Shown: positions 9,301 through 18,568 of the stretch, piece by piece
How positions within the stretch are numbered: position 1 is the stretch's first letter
How the letters are laid out: the number at the start of each line of letters is the position of its first letter
Assembly (NCBI GenBank): GCA_045863335.1
Contig: BTVY01000024.1
Location: forward strand, 1-64,000
DNA: 64,000 bases
From: Candidatus Hydrogenedentota bacterium
GTDB taxonomy: Bacteria > Hydrogenedentota > Hydrogenedentia > Hydrogenedentales > SLHB01
Direction of reading: 5' to 3'
The notes under the pieces: model-generated
Database searches by the model: none
Told to the model about the DNA's origin: nothing
The model's input: the letters and a program-made list of their open reading frames with translations, nothing else
Program-made: the position numbers and the translations under genes

Positions 9301-10190
9301 CTGGGCGTTGCATGGGTACATTCCAGGGGCATACGGCGGATGTTAACGTGGTGCAATGGAGCCCCGACGAGCGGTTGCTGCTATCAGCAGGCGAGGACAA
9401 AACGCTTCACGTATGGGAGCTGTGTACCGGCAAATGCCTCGCGACGCTGACCGGACACACGCAGCCCATTCGTTGCGCGACGTTCAGCCTGGATGGCCTG
9501 TACGCATGTTCGGGCAGCGGCACCATTTGGGGCCGCTCCGGAGAAGTGAAGCTCTGGGATCTTTCTTCGGGAACGTTGGTCCGGTCTTTCGACGGGCATA
9601 CCGATACGGTGCAGTCCGTGTCTATCAGCGCGGACAGCCGGTTTATCCTGTCCGGAGGTCGCGACACAACGCCTCGTCTCTGGAACCTGGAAACCGGCGA
9701 GCCGGTTCACTCCTTTGAAGGGCACAACGAAAGCATCGAGGTCGTCTGCCTCAGTCTCGATGGTCGCTTCGCGGCGTCCATCTGCCGGGATGGCGCGATT
9801 CGACTGTGGTCCCTGGACTGGGAACTCGAGGACCGCAGCCCGGTCGAATGGGACGCTGGCGCTTCACCTTATCTCGAGCAGTTCCTTCAACTCCATACCC
9901 CTTATGGCGCGTCCGCCCCGGAAGACGGGTCGGACAACCAGCGCCGCATCCGGCGCGCGCTTACCCGCCGCGGCGCACCCAAGTGGGAGGAGGCGGAGTT
10001 TGGCCGGTTGCTTCATCTGCTCGGATGCGGAGGGTACGGCTGGCTCGACCAGGCGGGCGTTCGGAATCAGCTCAGTCGGGTTGCGTCGAGTTGGCACGTT
10101 CCGTCGGGGCCGCCTCGGCGCCCTCGTGGGGGGTCCCTGACCAAGACCTTGTTCGGGCGGGTGCTCGGTGGTCTTGGCGGATCGAAGTAA
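6318..10190 (+). CDS. Ser/Thr protein kinase with N-terminal Zn ribbon, TPR-like region and two WD40 propellers
   Basis: CKCG...CPRCG; GEGGMGKV, LAVKS, HQDVKPAN, DFG, SPE; TPR-like DSLNNRAVSL...ALMTDPHH; two blocks of ~7 GH...WD repeats. Start inferred from GAGGA SD. Confidence 0.9.
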   Translation: MSPRLYVLTCKCGKHLTVDETQVGQSGQCPRCGRDVVADANTVVPMTDEHSAEAEQLMEARVGDDGVPVDWKPGDVVLNLYEVLEVLGEGGMGKVFKVYHRGWDMPLAVKSPKARTLLKREGAMNFERECETWVSLGLHPNIVSCYYVRRLGGIPRVFAEFVDGGSLWDFIDEGRIYKGGPKKALERICDIGIQMAWGLQHAHDRGLVHQDVKPANVLMTTDETAKVTDFGLARARVLATGTPEDVAVGDGVTNVGMTRIYCSPEQANRDKLTVKTDIWSWALCILQAFTVKVIWRRGTDGPDTLARFLEQSRANKRLLPMPAIIAELLGRCFQFDPELRPKDMNEVAATMEEAYRQVLGASYPRQRPKPAMALADSLNNRAVSLLDLSKTAHAEHAWERALMTDPHHPESTYNLCMERWRAGRMTDEAVLSRLQEIVKFHPGEWLPQYTLALAQIEHGNYAAATKALQSVDPAAQGRKDVAAMVSVAQKCVPFTRTSVRWLKGHQDSLSAIAFSRDGKYIVTGSADNTLKLWDAGTGACVRTFEGHQNSVICVDISPDGTRAISGSRDRTIRLWDIATGEQLRVFEGHRDTVEGVALVADDRRAISASSDGTIRIWDVDGAACVDVFEEHRGPVTALAADSAGLLAVSGGQDGAIRVWDVAGHRCTHVVNGHAGAVTSLALNEDGRFACSGGRDGLAKIWHPASGECIATCSGHQGPVLSVALSGNGRFAVTGSRDRTIRLWDTAKGRCLNTFPGHASAVTSVAISRNGQHAASGGEDSAAGVWFTGVAPNPVTAPTLICQAVASEVAISTSKAFDDALRLGQSAMRHGQFIEAARHLRTARAQPGHRRTPDAMHEWRSLYTRLPRVHFQGAWEEQGLAQQAGTIKIACITPNARHALVVDEENALKLYDLGKAEILCEFDREAGDVMSACISGDGTRALTGGWDIKLWDAQNGRLMQTFERQPEMVNSVDLTKDARYAATASGRVVRIWDVATGRCMGTFQGHTADVNVVQWSPDERLLLSAGEDKTLHVWELCTGKCLATLTGHTQPIRCATFSLDGLYACSGSGTIWGRSGEVKLWDLSSGTLVRSFDGHTDTVQSVSISADSRFILSGGRDTTPRLWNLETGEPVHSFEGHNESIEVVCLSLDGRFAASICRDGAIRLWSLDWELEDRSPVEWDAGASPYLEQFLQLHTPYGASAPEDGSDNQRRIRRALTRRGAPKWEEAEFGRLLHLLGCGGYGWLDQAGVRNQLSRVASSWHVPSGPPRRPRGGSLTKTLFGRVLGGLGGSK

Positions 10191-10240
10191 GGTCCAGGTG
10201 CTGAGTTTGAAATTCGTTCAATACATTCCAGGTCAAATTG

Positions 10241-10280
10241 AGGGAACATCCCCCTGAATCCCCCTTCGAAGGGGGACTTT
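10241..10280. repeat. REP-like palindrome family A, copy 2
   Basis: AGGGAACATCCCCCTGAATCCCCCTTCGAAGGGGGACTTT. Confidence 0.8.
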
Positions 10281-10381
10281 TCGCGGTACGACCGGGAACA
10301 TAGGTAACACGCTGCACAAGATCTTAAAACCCTTAAAGAGGGGGCTTGGGATTCGGGAAAGTTGATTGTGGAAGCGACCGC

Positions 10382-11524
10382 GTGAATATCCTCGTTCTGA
10401 ATTATGAGTATCCCCCGCTCGGCGGCGGCGCGGGTCCGGTATGCCGCCAACTCAGCGAAGCGTATGTTTGCCGAGGGCACACTGTCGAGGTCGTCACCAT
10501 GGCCTACGGCAATTTGCCACGCCAGGAAACTCTGAACGGAGTTCACATTTCGCGAGTTCCCGCGCTGCGAAAGCGAATGGAAACCTGCGAAACCCCTGAG
10601 ATGCTGAGTTATGTATTCTCTGCGTTTCCGCGCGTCGTTGGGCGGCTGCGGCGCGGGGATATCGATGTGATCCATTGCCACTTCCTGATCCCCACAGGAC
10701 TCTTGGCCTGGGCCGCGACGCGAATCGTCCGGGTTCCGTATATCGTCACGGCCCACGGTTCGGACGTGCCGGGGTTCAATCCCGACCGCTTCAAGTCCGA
10801 GCATCGCGTCACCGGTCCCTTACTCCGAACGATCGCGGGCGAAGCTCATGCGGTCGTAACGCCATCGCTCTATCTTCAGGATCTCGCGCGCCAATCGATC
10901 CGGACAGGCCGGTACCGCCACATTCCGAACGGAATTGGCGCGGAAAGCTTGAATGATGGGCCAAAGCGCAAACGCCTGCTGATGGCGGGACGACTGCTGC
11001 CGCGAAAAGGATTTCAGCATGTCCTGCGTGCCCTGGAAGACGTGGAGTCGGATTTCGAGATTCATATCGCAGGCGATGGCCCGCTGCGAAGCGAGATGGA
11101 GGAAGCGGCGAAGCGTCTGCGGATGAAGGTGGTCTTTCACGGCTGGGTCGATCATGGTTCCGCTGCGCTTCGAGAACTTTATGAAAGCGCATCGATTTTC
11201 TGCCTGCCTTCGGAACGCGAGAATGCTTCCATCGCTTTGCTCGAGGCGATGCTGGCCGGCGCCGCGGTGGTCACCTCAAACGACACCGGATGTGCGGAGA
11301 CCATCGGCGACGCGGGGTTCACAGTAACGCCCGGAGACCTGGCCGGACTGCGGGAGGCGCTCGTGCCGTTGCTTCAATCGGAATCCCTGTGCGCCGAGTG
11401 GGGAACGCGGGCGCGGCAACGCGTTCTGGACCGGTATACCTGGACCGCAATAACGGCGTCGTACCTGGACCTCTTGAATGAAGCCGCTACGACGAGGAGG
11501 GGTGCAAAGCGCGGTGACAATTGA
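10382..11524 (+). CDS. glycosyltransferase family 4
   Basis: NILVLNYEYPPLGGG, TAHGSDV, GRLLPRKG, PSERENASIALLEAM. GTG start inferred. Confidence 0.9.
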   Translation: MNILVLNYEYPPLGGGAGPVCRQLSEAYVCRGHTVEVVTMAYGNLPRQETLNGVHISRVPALRKRMETCETPEMLSYVFSAFPRVVGRLRRGDIDVIHCHFLIPTGLLAWAATRIVRVPYIVTAHGSDVPGFNPDRFKSEHRVTGPLLRTIAGEAHAVVTPSLYLQDLARQSIRTGRYRHIPNGIGAESLNDGPKRKRLLMAGRLLPRKGFQHVLRALEDVESDFEIHIAGDGPLRSEMEEAAKRLRMKVVFHGWVDHGSAALRELYESASIFCLPSERENASIALLEAMLAGAAVVTSNDTGCAETIGDAGFTVTPGDLAGLREALVPLLQSESLCAEWGTRARQRVLDRYTWTAITASYLDLLNEAATTRRGAKRGDN

Positions 11525-12218
11525 TTCCGAAGAATTGGTTGCGTTCGTCCAACGCGAGTTTCGAGGCCTCGCCGACCCGGCGAAGGCGGGACCCATGGCC
11601 GCGTACATGAAGACGACGATGCCCTTCTACGGCATCCAGAAGAACGATCGCGTCCCCGTGTACCTCGAAATCAAGAAACGATTCGCGCCGTCGAACCGTG
11701 CCGGCTATGAGCGGGGAATTCTCGCGCTTTGGACGCTCCCCCGCCGGGAAGAGAAATACGCCGCCATCGGGTATGCGATGATGTGGCCACGCTTCATCGG
11801 ATCAAAGTCCCATCGCGTTTACGAACAGATGATTCGCGAAGGGGCGTGGTGGGATCTGGTCGATGGAATCGCTGCGCACCTCGTCGGTGGCGCGTTGCAG
11901 CAGGAACGGGACATCGTTGGTCCGATTATGGATCGATGGATCGAGGACGCTAACCTTTGGATGCGGCGGTCGGCGATTCTATCTCACCTGCGTCACAAGC
12001 GCGACACCGACTGGGCCCAACTCTCCCGGCACTGCCTTCAGTGCGCCGGAGAAACGGAGTTCTTCATCCGAAAGGCGATTGGCTGGGCCTTGCGCGAATA
12101 CAGCAAGTCAAACCCTGCGGCCGTCGAGACGTTCCTGAGGAAACACAAGGATCGTCTCTCCGGCCTGAGCGTCCGTGAAGCATCCAAGCATCTGACCCGA
12201 AGCGGTATCCGGGGCTGA
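11514..12218 (+). CDS. DNA alkylation repair protein (AlkD-like HEAT-repeat family)
   Basis: MAAYMK..MPFYGI, WWDLVD, WMRRSAI, EFFIRKAIGWALREYSK. GTG start overlaps the GT4 stop. Confidence 0.85.
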   Translation: MTIDSEELVAFVQREFRGLADPAKAGPMAAYMKTTMPFYGIQKNDRVPVYLEIKKRFAPSNRAGYERGILALWTLPRREEKYAAIGYAMMWPRFIGSKSHRVYEQMIREGAWWDLVDGIAAHLVGGALQQERDIVGPIMDRWIEDANLWMRRSAILSHLRHKRDTDWAQLSRHCLQCAGETEFFIRKAIGWALREYSKSNPAAVETFLRKHKDRLSGLSVREASKHLTRSGIRG

Positions 12219-12239
12219 CCACCACCAGCGGCGATTCTG

Positions 12240-12668
12240 CTATGCGATCTCGACCAACTCGATCTCGAACAGGAGGTCCTTGCCGGCGAGCATGTGGTTA
12301 CCGTCCAGCGTGACCGTATCGTCGGTGACGTTTGTAACGGTTACCACGAGCGGTTCACCGCCGGGTTGCGAGACCTGGAGCCGTTGGCCTTCTTCGACGG
12401 CGATCTCCGCGGGGATCGCGGTGCGCTCGATGGTCTGAATCATCTCGTCATGACGCGGACCATAGGCCTGTTCGCACGGGATCTTTTCCGTCTTCGTTTC
12501 GCCCGGGTTCATTCCGATGACGGCATTCTCGAAGCCTGGAATGACATTGCCGGACCCGATGGTGAATTCCAGCGGATCGCGTTCCGCAGAGGTGTCGAAA
12601 ACGGTACCGTCTTCCAGTTTTCCGGTGTAGTGGACTTTGACGGTGTCGCCTGATTTTGCATCTGCCAT
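12240..12668 (-). CDS. FKBP-type peptidyl-prolyl isomerase (SlyD/SlpA-like, no His-rich tail)
   Basis: GDTVKVHYTGKLEDGTVFD, IPGFE, AYG, LDGNHMLAGKDLLFEIEL. Confidence 0.92.
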   Translation of the reverse strand: MADAKSGDTVKVHYTGKLEDGTVFDTSAERDPLEFTIGSGNVIPGFENAVIGMNPGETKTEKIPCEQAYGPRHDEMIQTIERTAIPAEIAVEEGQRLQVSQPGGEPLVVTVTNVTDDTVTLDGNHMLAGKDLLFEIELVEIA

Positions 12669-12814
12669 GGAGATCTCCTTCTAAAGCATGGGGCTGCAAA
12701 TGATTACCGGAACCGAGTGGGAACCGAAGGGAAGCAGCCGTAGTGCGATTGGGCCCGAAATTGGCAAGAACTGCGAAGCAGTCAATGGCGGGCCGAGCCT
12801 GTTTGTTATGAGTG

Positions 12815-12843
12815 AGTTTAGGGAGATTTCGGCGCGGTGTCAA
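12815..12843 (-). promoter_or_regulatory. sigma70-type promoter of the FKBP gene
   Basis: Minus strand reads TTGACA-N17-TAAACT. Confidence 0.7.
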
Positions 12844-12903
12844 TTTTTGCGGAAGAACCGGCAGCGCGTGGATGGAGCGAAGTTGCGTCTCCCTCAAGCG
12901 AAC

Positions 12904-12987
12904 TTAGTACGCCAGGGAATGCACGGCCATGAGGCAGGCGAACAAGGCCGCGAAGAAGAGAAGGTGACTGGGTCGAATCCATTCCAT
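12904..12987 (-). CDS. putative 27-aa hydrophobic small protein
   Basis: MEWIRPSHLLFFAALFACLMAVHSLAY*. SD-like GGAAAGGA. Resembles the adjacent peptide. Below the ORF-track size cutoff. Confidence 0.55.
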   Translation of the reverse strand: MEWIRPSHLLFFAALFACLMAVHSLAY

Positions 12988-13013
12988 GACAAGTCCGTCC
13001 TTTCCGCGTTGAA

Positions 13014-13100
13014 TCAGGAATGCAATACCGCGTACCAGAGCGCCAAACCTACCAACAGTACAACGAAGAAGAAAATATGTTTCAGGCTGACGGGTTCCAT
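13014..13100 (-). CDS. putative 28-aa hydrophobic small protein
   Basis: MEPVSLKHIFFFVVLLVGLALWYAVLHS*. SD-like AAGGTAGGGA. Single TM-length helix. Confidence 0.55.
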   Translation of the reverse strand: MEPVSLKHIFFFVVLLVGLALWYAVLHS

Positions 13101-13275
13101 AAGTCCCTACCTTCGTTGCGGGCCTGGGTTCGCCATCGTTCGCTGGATACGGACGACGTCTGCCACATGGTATTCACGGCGCCGCATGCAGTTGTGGATA
13201 GAATCCCCGGTAAGGGGAAAAGGTTGCGGAGGAATCGTGCGGGGGAAAGAGGGGGACAGTCCCCTTTTTCGTTCG

Positions 13276-14376
13276 CTATGCGGGTACGGTTTGTACGGAT
13301 CCAGGATTAATGGCTTGCCCTGATTCGGCGGATTCGATGGCCGCGAAACAGAGGGCGAGACTGCGAAGATTGTTCCGCGCGCTGTTGTGCGGCTCGCGAT
13401 CTTCCTCGATGGCGCAGAGTAATTCCGCCATGGTTCCGTGGAATCCGTTGGTAAACCAATCCCCTTCGAGGACGGGAGAGCCCGTCCCTTCCGGCAACGA
13501 GATGGTCACGGTTTGAGTATTGAGATCGGGGCCGGAGCAGCGCAAGGTACCTTGGGTCCCAATCACGACGGTTTCATCATATGCTCCGTAGCGAGTATCC
13601 GCGTCGAAGACGAGCGATGCCTGAGCATCATCGTATTCGATATGCACTTGCGCCAGGAGTGCCGGCATGGCCCGCTGCTGTGACGATCGTCTCGCCGATG
13701 CGTACACGCGGCGCGGCTCTTTCCCCTGCATGAAACACGAAACGATATCGAACCAATGAACCGCAAAGTCATACAGGATCAGGTGCTTCATCTCGTTAAA
13801 GGGAGTGTCAGCGGTCCAATTGTGGTCCCAATGAACCGCGAGATGCGCGGCGGTCACGTACCCGAGGAGTCCACGATCAACGGCCTGGCGGGCGTAACTG
13901 AAGTGAGGGGCCCAGCGGCCGTTCTGGTTCACGGCCAGTTTCAGCCCTTGCGCATCGGCGAGGTCGGCGAGCATGTGACCGTGGTCCAGGTTGGTCACGA
14001 AGGGTTTCTGACTCAACACGTGTTTACCCGCGATCAGAGCCCCCTCGACGATGGGGCCGCGAATCGAGGTGTGGGTTGCGATGTCGATGACCTGAAGGTC
14101 GTCCCGGCCCAACACGTCTTCGTAATTTCGGACCACCTGGGCCTTGGGATAGAAGGCATCGCGGCGTTCCTCGGCGCGCGCAGTTTCAATATCACACATC
14201 ACAACAACCCGGTAACCAGCCTTCTTGTACGCGGCGAGATGGTACGGCGTGATGCCGCCACATCCGATTAGAGCGATTCCAGGATCGTAGCTCCGCGGAT
14301 TGCAGGGGAGATACGGCAGTTCCGGCGCTTTGATGGCAGGCGCCTCTTCCGTGCGGCATTCGCGATTGTCGGACAT
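13276..14376 (-). CDS. Gfo/Idh/MocA family oxidoreductase
   Basis: IALIGCGGI, GKHVLSQKPF, VNQNGRW, YDFAVHWFD. Confidence 0.9.
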   Translation of the reverse strand: MSDNRECRTEEAPAIKAPELPYLPCNPRSYDPGIALIGCGGITPYHLAAYKKAGYRVVVMCDIETARAEERRDAFYPKAQVVRNYEDVLGRDDLQVIDIATHTSIRGPIVEGALIAGKHVLSQKPFVTNLDHGHMLADLADAQGLKLAVNQNGRWAPHFSYARQAVDRGLLGYVTAAHLAVHWDHNWTADTPFNEMKHLILYDFAVHWFDIVSCFMQGKEPRRVYASARRSSQQRAMPALLAQVHIEYDDAQASLVFDADTRYGAYDETVVIGTQGTLRCSGPDLNTQTVTISLPEGTGSPVLEGDWFTNGFHGTMAELLCAIEEDREPHNSARNNLRSLALCFAAIESAESGQAINPGSVQTVPA

Positions 14377-14394
14377 GGGGGAATCTCCGATTGG

Positions 14395-15474
14395 TCAGCC
14401 TTCGATCAGGGGCAGGGTCCGTTTCTCTTCCGCGCTCCGGACCGCCGTATCGACAATTTGTTGTCCAATGCGGGCGATCCCGGTCGACAAGGGGCCTTCG
14501 ATGGGCAGGTCATTTTCGATGCAGTGAATCATGTATTGGACCGGATTCTGGAACGGGGCCTCGACGGTGTCGACGGGCACGTCCCGGCCCTGCGGGCACT
14601 CGAAGGTCTGCACACGTACCGTTGATTCGAAGTCGTAGCTGCTAATCGTGCCCGTCGTGCCCTTCACCACGAATCCGCATTTGGGTTGCGGCTGATGGGT
14701 CCATGGGTCGGTGAAGGTGCCCCAGCGCGTTTCGAACTTGGAGAGTCCGTGCGCATACCGGGCAATCGTAATGCTGTGCTCGTCCACTTCGAGGCCTTGA
14801 GGTTCGTCGACGACGGCGGTCACTTCGAGGGGTTTGCGCCCTCCCTGGAACCAGGTTCCGAGGGTGGTCCCGTAACCGAGGTAATCCAGCAGCGAACCGC
14901 CGCCGTGGTCCTTCTTGTAGAACCAGCTTCGCGACTTCTCCGCATCGACCTCCTCCTGGGTGGTTTCAACTTTGTCGGCCACATGCCAGAGCGGGCCCCG
15001 GTTGCCGTCGTAGTAATGGACTTCCAGCACGTCGCCGATATGGCCTTCGTTAATCAGCCGTTTTGTGGTGCGATGGGGTGGATACCAGGCCAGCGGCCAG
15101 TTGATGGCGAGCCGCTTGCCAGTGGGTTGCATCGCGGCGATCATGCGGTCGGCCTCGGGCAGAGATGCGGCGAAGGGTTTCTCCATGATGATGTGCACAC
15201 CGAAGGGCGCGATCTTCTCGGTCCACTGGCCATGGTGCGCGGTCGCGGGACAGAGCAGCACGATGTCGGGCCGGGTCGCTTCGATGCAGGCTTGGTAATC
15301 CGTGAAGACGCGAGCGGAGGGAATCTGGAAGTTCTCGATGGCGGAGAGCATTCGAGCGGGGTCTTCGTGGCAGATGCCGACGATGTCCACCTGTGGATGT
15401 TCATAGGCCATCCGAAGGTTGTCGCCCATGTGGAGGTGGTCGAAGTTGATGCCCGCGATCTTCCAGGTCTTCAT
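14395..15474 (-). CDS. Gfo/Idh/MocA family oxidoreductase
   Basis: GVHIIMEKPFA, INWP, GGGSLLDYLGYG. Confidence 0.9.
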   Translation of the reverse strand: MKTWKIAGINFDHLHMGDNLRMAYEHPQVDIVGICHEDPARMLSAIENFQIPSARVFTDYQACIEATRPDIVLLCPATAHHGQWTEKIAPFGVHIIMEKPFAASLPEADRMIAAMQPTGKRLAINWPLAWYPPHRTTKRLINEGHIGDVLEVHYYDGNRGPLWHVADKVETTQEEVDAEKSRSWFYKKDHGGGSLLDYLGYGTTLGTWFQGGRKPLEVTAVVDEPQGLEVDEHSITIARYAHGLSKFETRWGTFTDPWTHQPQPKCGFVVKGTTGTISSYDFESTVRVQTFECPQGRDVPVDTVEAPFQNPVQYMIHCIENDLPIEGPLSTGIARIGQQIVDTAVRSAEEKRTLPLIEG

Positions 15475-15565
15475 GCATCCTTCCCCTGCTGACCGGCTCC
15501 AGAAATCCTTGCGAAGGGCATTCTACCGCGTAGGATGCAACGTGATCTACGGCATGAAGAATCGA

Positions 15566-17473
15566 TCAGGGTGAAGCTACAGGACCCGCCACTTCACGGG
15601 ACTCGGAGCTACCGGGCTTCGTGGACTCGCGAAGTGAAGGCGCAAGCGCGACCTCGTCGTGAGCCAGAATTCCGCGTTCGAGCCAGGTATGTTCGCCCGC
15701 GAGCGTTTGCAGCGCGATCTGACGTTTGGTGGCGTCGTCGTTGCGCCACAATTCGCGAAACAGCCGTTTCACCTTTCGCCGCGAGGTGCGGCAGAACAGG
15801 TCCGCGAGGTCCAAAGCCTTTGCGGAATCGGGATGTCCCTGGCGCTCTCGCGTATTCGCGCGGGAAATAGTCGAGGCCATGGCGAAGAGTTCGATGCCGA
15901 TGTCGACGAGCCGGAACAGGAAGGCCTGCCGTTCGGGCAGTTTGCCGCGATGAACGAGCATTCCGTAGAACACCTGCCGTGCAAGACGCCGGCTCGCCCG
16001 CCGGATAAACCGAAGATGCTTCGCGAGCCTCCCGTACTCGTCGTACTGAGGCCAGAGCGACCAGTCCAACCAGAGCGCGCCGTTCCAGCGGACGTAGAAG
16101 GCAGCGATCCCCGGGAGGGCGCGGATCTTCTCGCCCCAAGTCTTTTGCGCATCGAGGAGAATTCCGGACACATCGAGATGCTTGTCGACTGCTTCGCGCG
16201 CCATCATGAGATGGAGAATTTCGGTGGTTCCTTCAAAGACTCGCGTGATTCGGGCGTCGCGCATCATGCGCTCGACGGGTACGGGCTCCTCCCCACGCTC
16301 GGCGAGCGAGCGCTCGGTCTCGTACCCCCTACCGCCGCGAATCTGCAGCGTGTCGTCGACGATATCCCAGCCCTGGCAGGTGCACCAGAGTTTTGCGGCC
16401 GCAGATTCGAGCCGGATGTCGTAATCGCCGCGGGTACACATTTCGGCGACGGTGTAGAGCATGGCCTCCATGCCGTAGACGGTGGACGCCATATCGGCGA
16501 TCACGTGGGAGATGGCTTCGTGTTTGCCGATGGGTCTCCCCCACTGCACCCGTTCGCTGCCCCATCTGCGGCTGATCTCGAGACATTTCTTCGCGGCGCC
16601 GACTGCTCCCGCGGGGACGGACAGGCGTCCGACGTTGAGGACGGTGAGCGCTACGCGAAGCCCGTGTCCTTCGCCGCCGATGATGTTTTCTTTGGGCACG
16701 CGGACGTTTTTAAAGCGAACGACGCCGTTCGCCAGCGCGCGCAGCCCCATGAAGCGGCAGCGGTGCTCCACCGTGACGCCTTCGCTGTCGCCCTCGACGA
16801 TGAAGGCGCTGATCTTCTTGGTGTCGGAATGGCGCGCCATGACGATGAAGAGCTTCGCGATGGTGCCATTGGTACACCAGAGTTTGGTGCCATTCAGGAC
16901 GTACGCGTCGTCTTCCTTCGTGAGCCGGGCGATGGTCTCCAGGCGCGCGGGGTCGGATCCCACGCCGGGCTCGGTTAGCGCGAATGCCGACACCTCTCCC
17001 TTGGCGCAACGGGGCAGATACTCGGCTTTCTGCTCCGGCGTGCCAAATTGCTGGACTGTCTCGGGTACGCCCACGGACTGATGCGGCGAGAGCAACCCGA
17101 CGAGGTTGCCGTCGTAGCTGCCGACGAGTTCCATGAGGTGGCACCACTCGATCTTGCTGATGCCGTGTCCGCCGTGTTCCTTCGGCACGAGAAGGCCGAA
17201 GGCGCCGAACTTTTTCAATGCCGCAAGCGTTTTCTCCGAGTACTCGCCGGTCTCGTCGGTCGCAACGGGATCGACGCTCTCCGTGAGGAGCGCGCGCATG
17301 TCTTTGTACAGCTTGGCAAAGGCCGGGCGGAACTCGCCGCTGGGATAGCCGGGCAGGCGGTCGAGGCGGAACTGCCCCATGAAGAGGTCGCGCAGAAAAC
17401 TGGGATGGATCCAGTCCTTCTGCCGGGACTCTTCGGCGAGTTTGATGGAATCCGCTTCGGTCGGGGCGCGCAT
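15566..17473 (-). CDS. acyl-CoA dehydrogenase family protein (long C-terminal extension)
   Basis: AFALTEPGVGSD, LNGTKLWCTNG, RVQWGRPI, QIRGGRGY, RITRVFEGTTEI. Confidence 0.92.
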   Translation of the reverse strand: MRAPTEADSIKLAEESRQKDWIHPSFLRDLFMGQFRLDRLPGYPSGEFRPAFAKLYKDMRALLTESVDPVATDETGEYSEKTLAALKKFGAFGLLVPKEHGGHGISKIEWCHLMELVGSYDGNLVGLLSPHQSVGVPETVQQFGTPEQKAEYLPRCAKGEVSAFALTEPGVGSDPARLETIARLTKEDDAYVLNGTKLWCTNGTIAKLFIVMARHSDTKKISAFIVEGDSEGVTVEHRCRFMGLRALANGVVRFKNVRVPKENIIGGEGHGLRVALTVLNVGRLSVPAGAVGAAKKCLEISRRWGSERVQWGRPIGKHEAISHVIADMASTVYGMEAMLYTVAEMCTRGDYDIRLESAAAKLWCTCQGWDIVDDTLQIRGGRGYETERSLAERGEEPVPVERMMRDARITRVFEGTTEILHLMMAREAVDKHLDVSGILLDAQKTWGEKIRALPGIAAFYVRWNGALWLDWSLWPQYDEYGRLAKHLRFIRRASRRLARQVFYGMLVHRGKLPERQAFLFRLVDIGIELFAMASTISRANTRERQGHPDSAKALDLADLFCRTSRRKVKRLFRELWRNDDATKRQIALQTLAGEHTWLERGILAHDEVALAPSLRESTKPGSSESREVAGPVASP

Positions 17474-17625
17474 GGCTCGGTCGGGCTCCTGCCGGTAGTT
17501 TTCGTGAAACAGCCTGATAGTATTATCGAAGGAAACGCGCCGAAAAACAAGATATAGCTACCCTTCGGTAAAGTCTGCGTAGGCGGCGCGGCAAATCGCA
17601 TATGGGTTGACGAGCGAGACTGCGG

Positions 17626-17976
17626 CTATTCGGTGGGGAAATCTATTAGCCGTTCGCGTACGGCCTGCAACAGGTCAGGAACATTTCGCTGGACTGTGTC
17701 CCAAATAACCTCTAAGTCGACGGTATCGTATCCATGGATCAATCTGTCGCGCATTCGCGCAACGGCGGACCATGGAATACAGTCCAACTCGTTCCTTGAA
17801 TCTGGCGAGAGTCGTTTCGCGGCCTCGCCTATGACCATCATTTGGTGTTGTACGGCAAGGTGAGTTCGTGAATCCTCTACAAAGGTGCTCTCATCCATTC
17901 CGTCTGTAAACGACAAAATGCGCTGAGCCGCATTGGCGATGTCCATGAGGAGAGCGATGTCACGAGGATTGGACAT
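17626..17976 (-). CDS. HEPN/DUF86 ribonuclease toxin (HepT-like)
   Basis: IGEAAKRL, IPW..RMRDRLIHGY (RX4HXY). Overlaps the upstream MNT gene. Confidence 0.9.
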   Translation of the reverse strand: MSNPRDIALLMDIANAAQRILSFTDGMDESTFVEDSRTHLAVQHQMMVIGEAAKRLSPDSRNELDCIPWSAVARMRDRLIHGYDTVDLEVIWDTVQRNVPDLLQAVRERLIDFPTE

Positions 17977-18280
17977 AGACTGGCGTTGCGCTCTCGAGGA
18001 TTGCCTTGCGCCGGATTGGGTTGGTCGAGCGTTCCACCGATCGTTTCGTCATGAAGTGGACCGGCCGGCCGAAAAGAGCTTCCAATTCCCCCTGCATCTG
18101 GCCTTCATCGAATAGCGTTGGGTGGGATTCATGGTCATAGACAACGAGGATGTCAATGTCGCTTTCGGGAGCAAAATCCGGTCGGATCGCCGAGCCGAAG
18201 AGATGCAGTTCGATGATGTTCCACCTTCGGCAGAAGTCTTTGATAGCGTTATCGCTCACGCCCAAGTTTGCTGGAATCAT
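17960..18280 (-). CDS. minimal nucleotidyltransferase antitoxin (MntA-like)
   Basis: LFGSAIRPDFAPESDIDILV (GS-X10-DXD). ATG at 18280 inferred. Confidence 0.9.
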   Translation of the reverse strand: MIPANLGVSDNAIKDFCRRWNIIELHLFGSAIRPDFAPESDIDILVVYDHESHPTLFDEGQMQGELEALFGRPVHFMTKRSVERSTNPIRRKAILESATPVYVQSS

Positions 18281-18568
18281 ATTGCATCTCCAATCTCGCG
18301 TATCGCAAGTCTGGACCATGACGCGGCTTGCACGGGTAATTATATCCGAAAGCTCGCTGAAGATTCATGACTCGTTCAAGTAACACGGATTCGTCGAAGT
18401 GACAGAATTCGCGAAAACCCGGTTCTACGGCGACGAACGGCTTGCAAGCGCGCGGCTGGTTCGATATTCAGAGAAAGGGAAAGCCGTCTCTCCCGCGAAC
18501 TTGACCGCTCGGTGCGTTCGTGGCTTAATGCAGGTTCTTGTCTGGCAACATTGCGAAAGGGGAGTCAC

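Noticed and set aside
12688-13323. 211-aa and 96-aa plus-strand ORFs in the FKBP/oxidoreductase gap
   Set aside because: No motifs. They run antisense across a clear promoter and the two small peptides.
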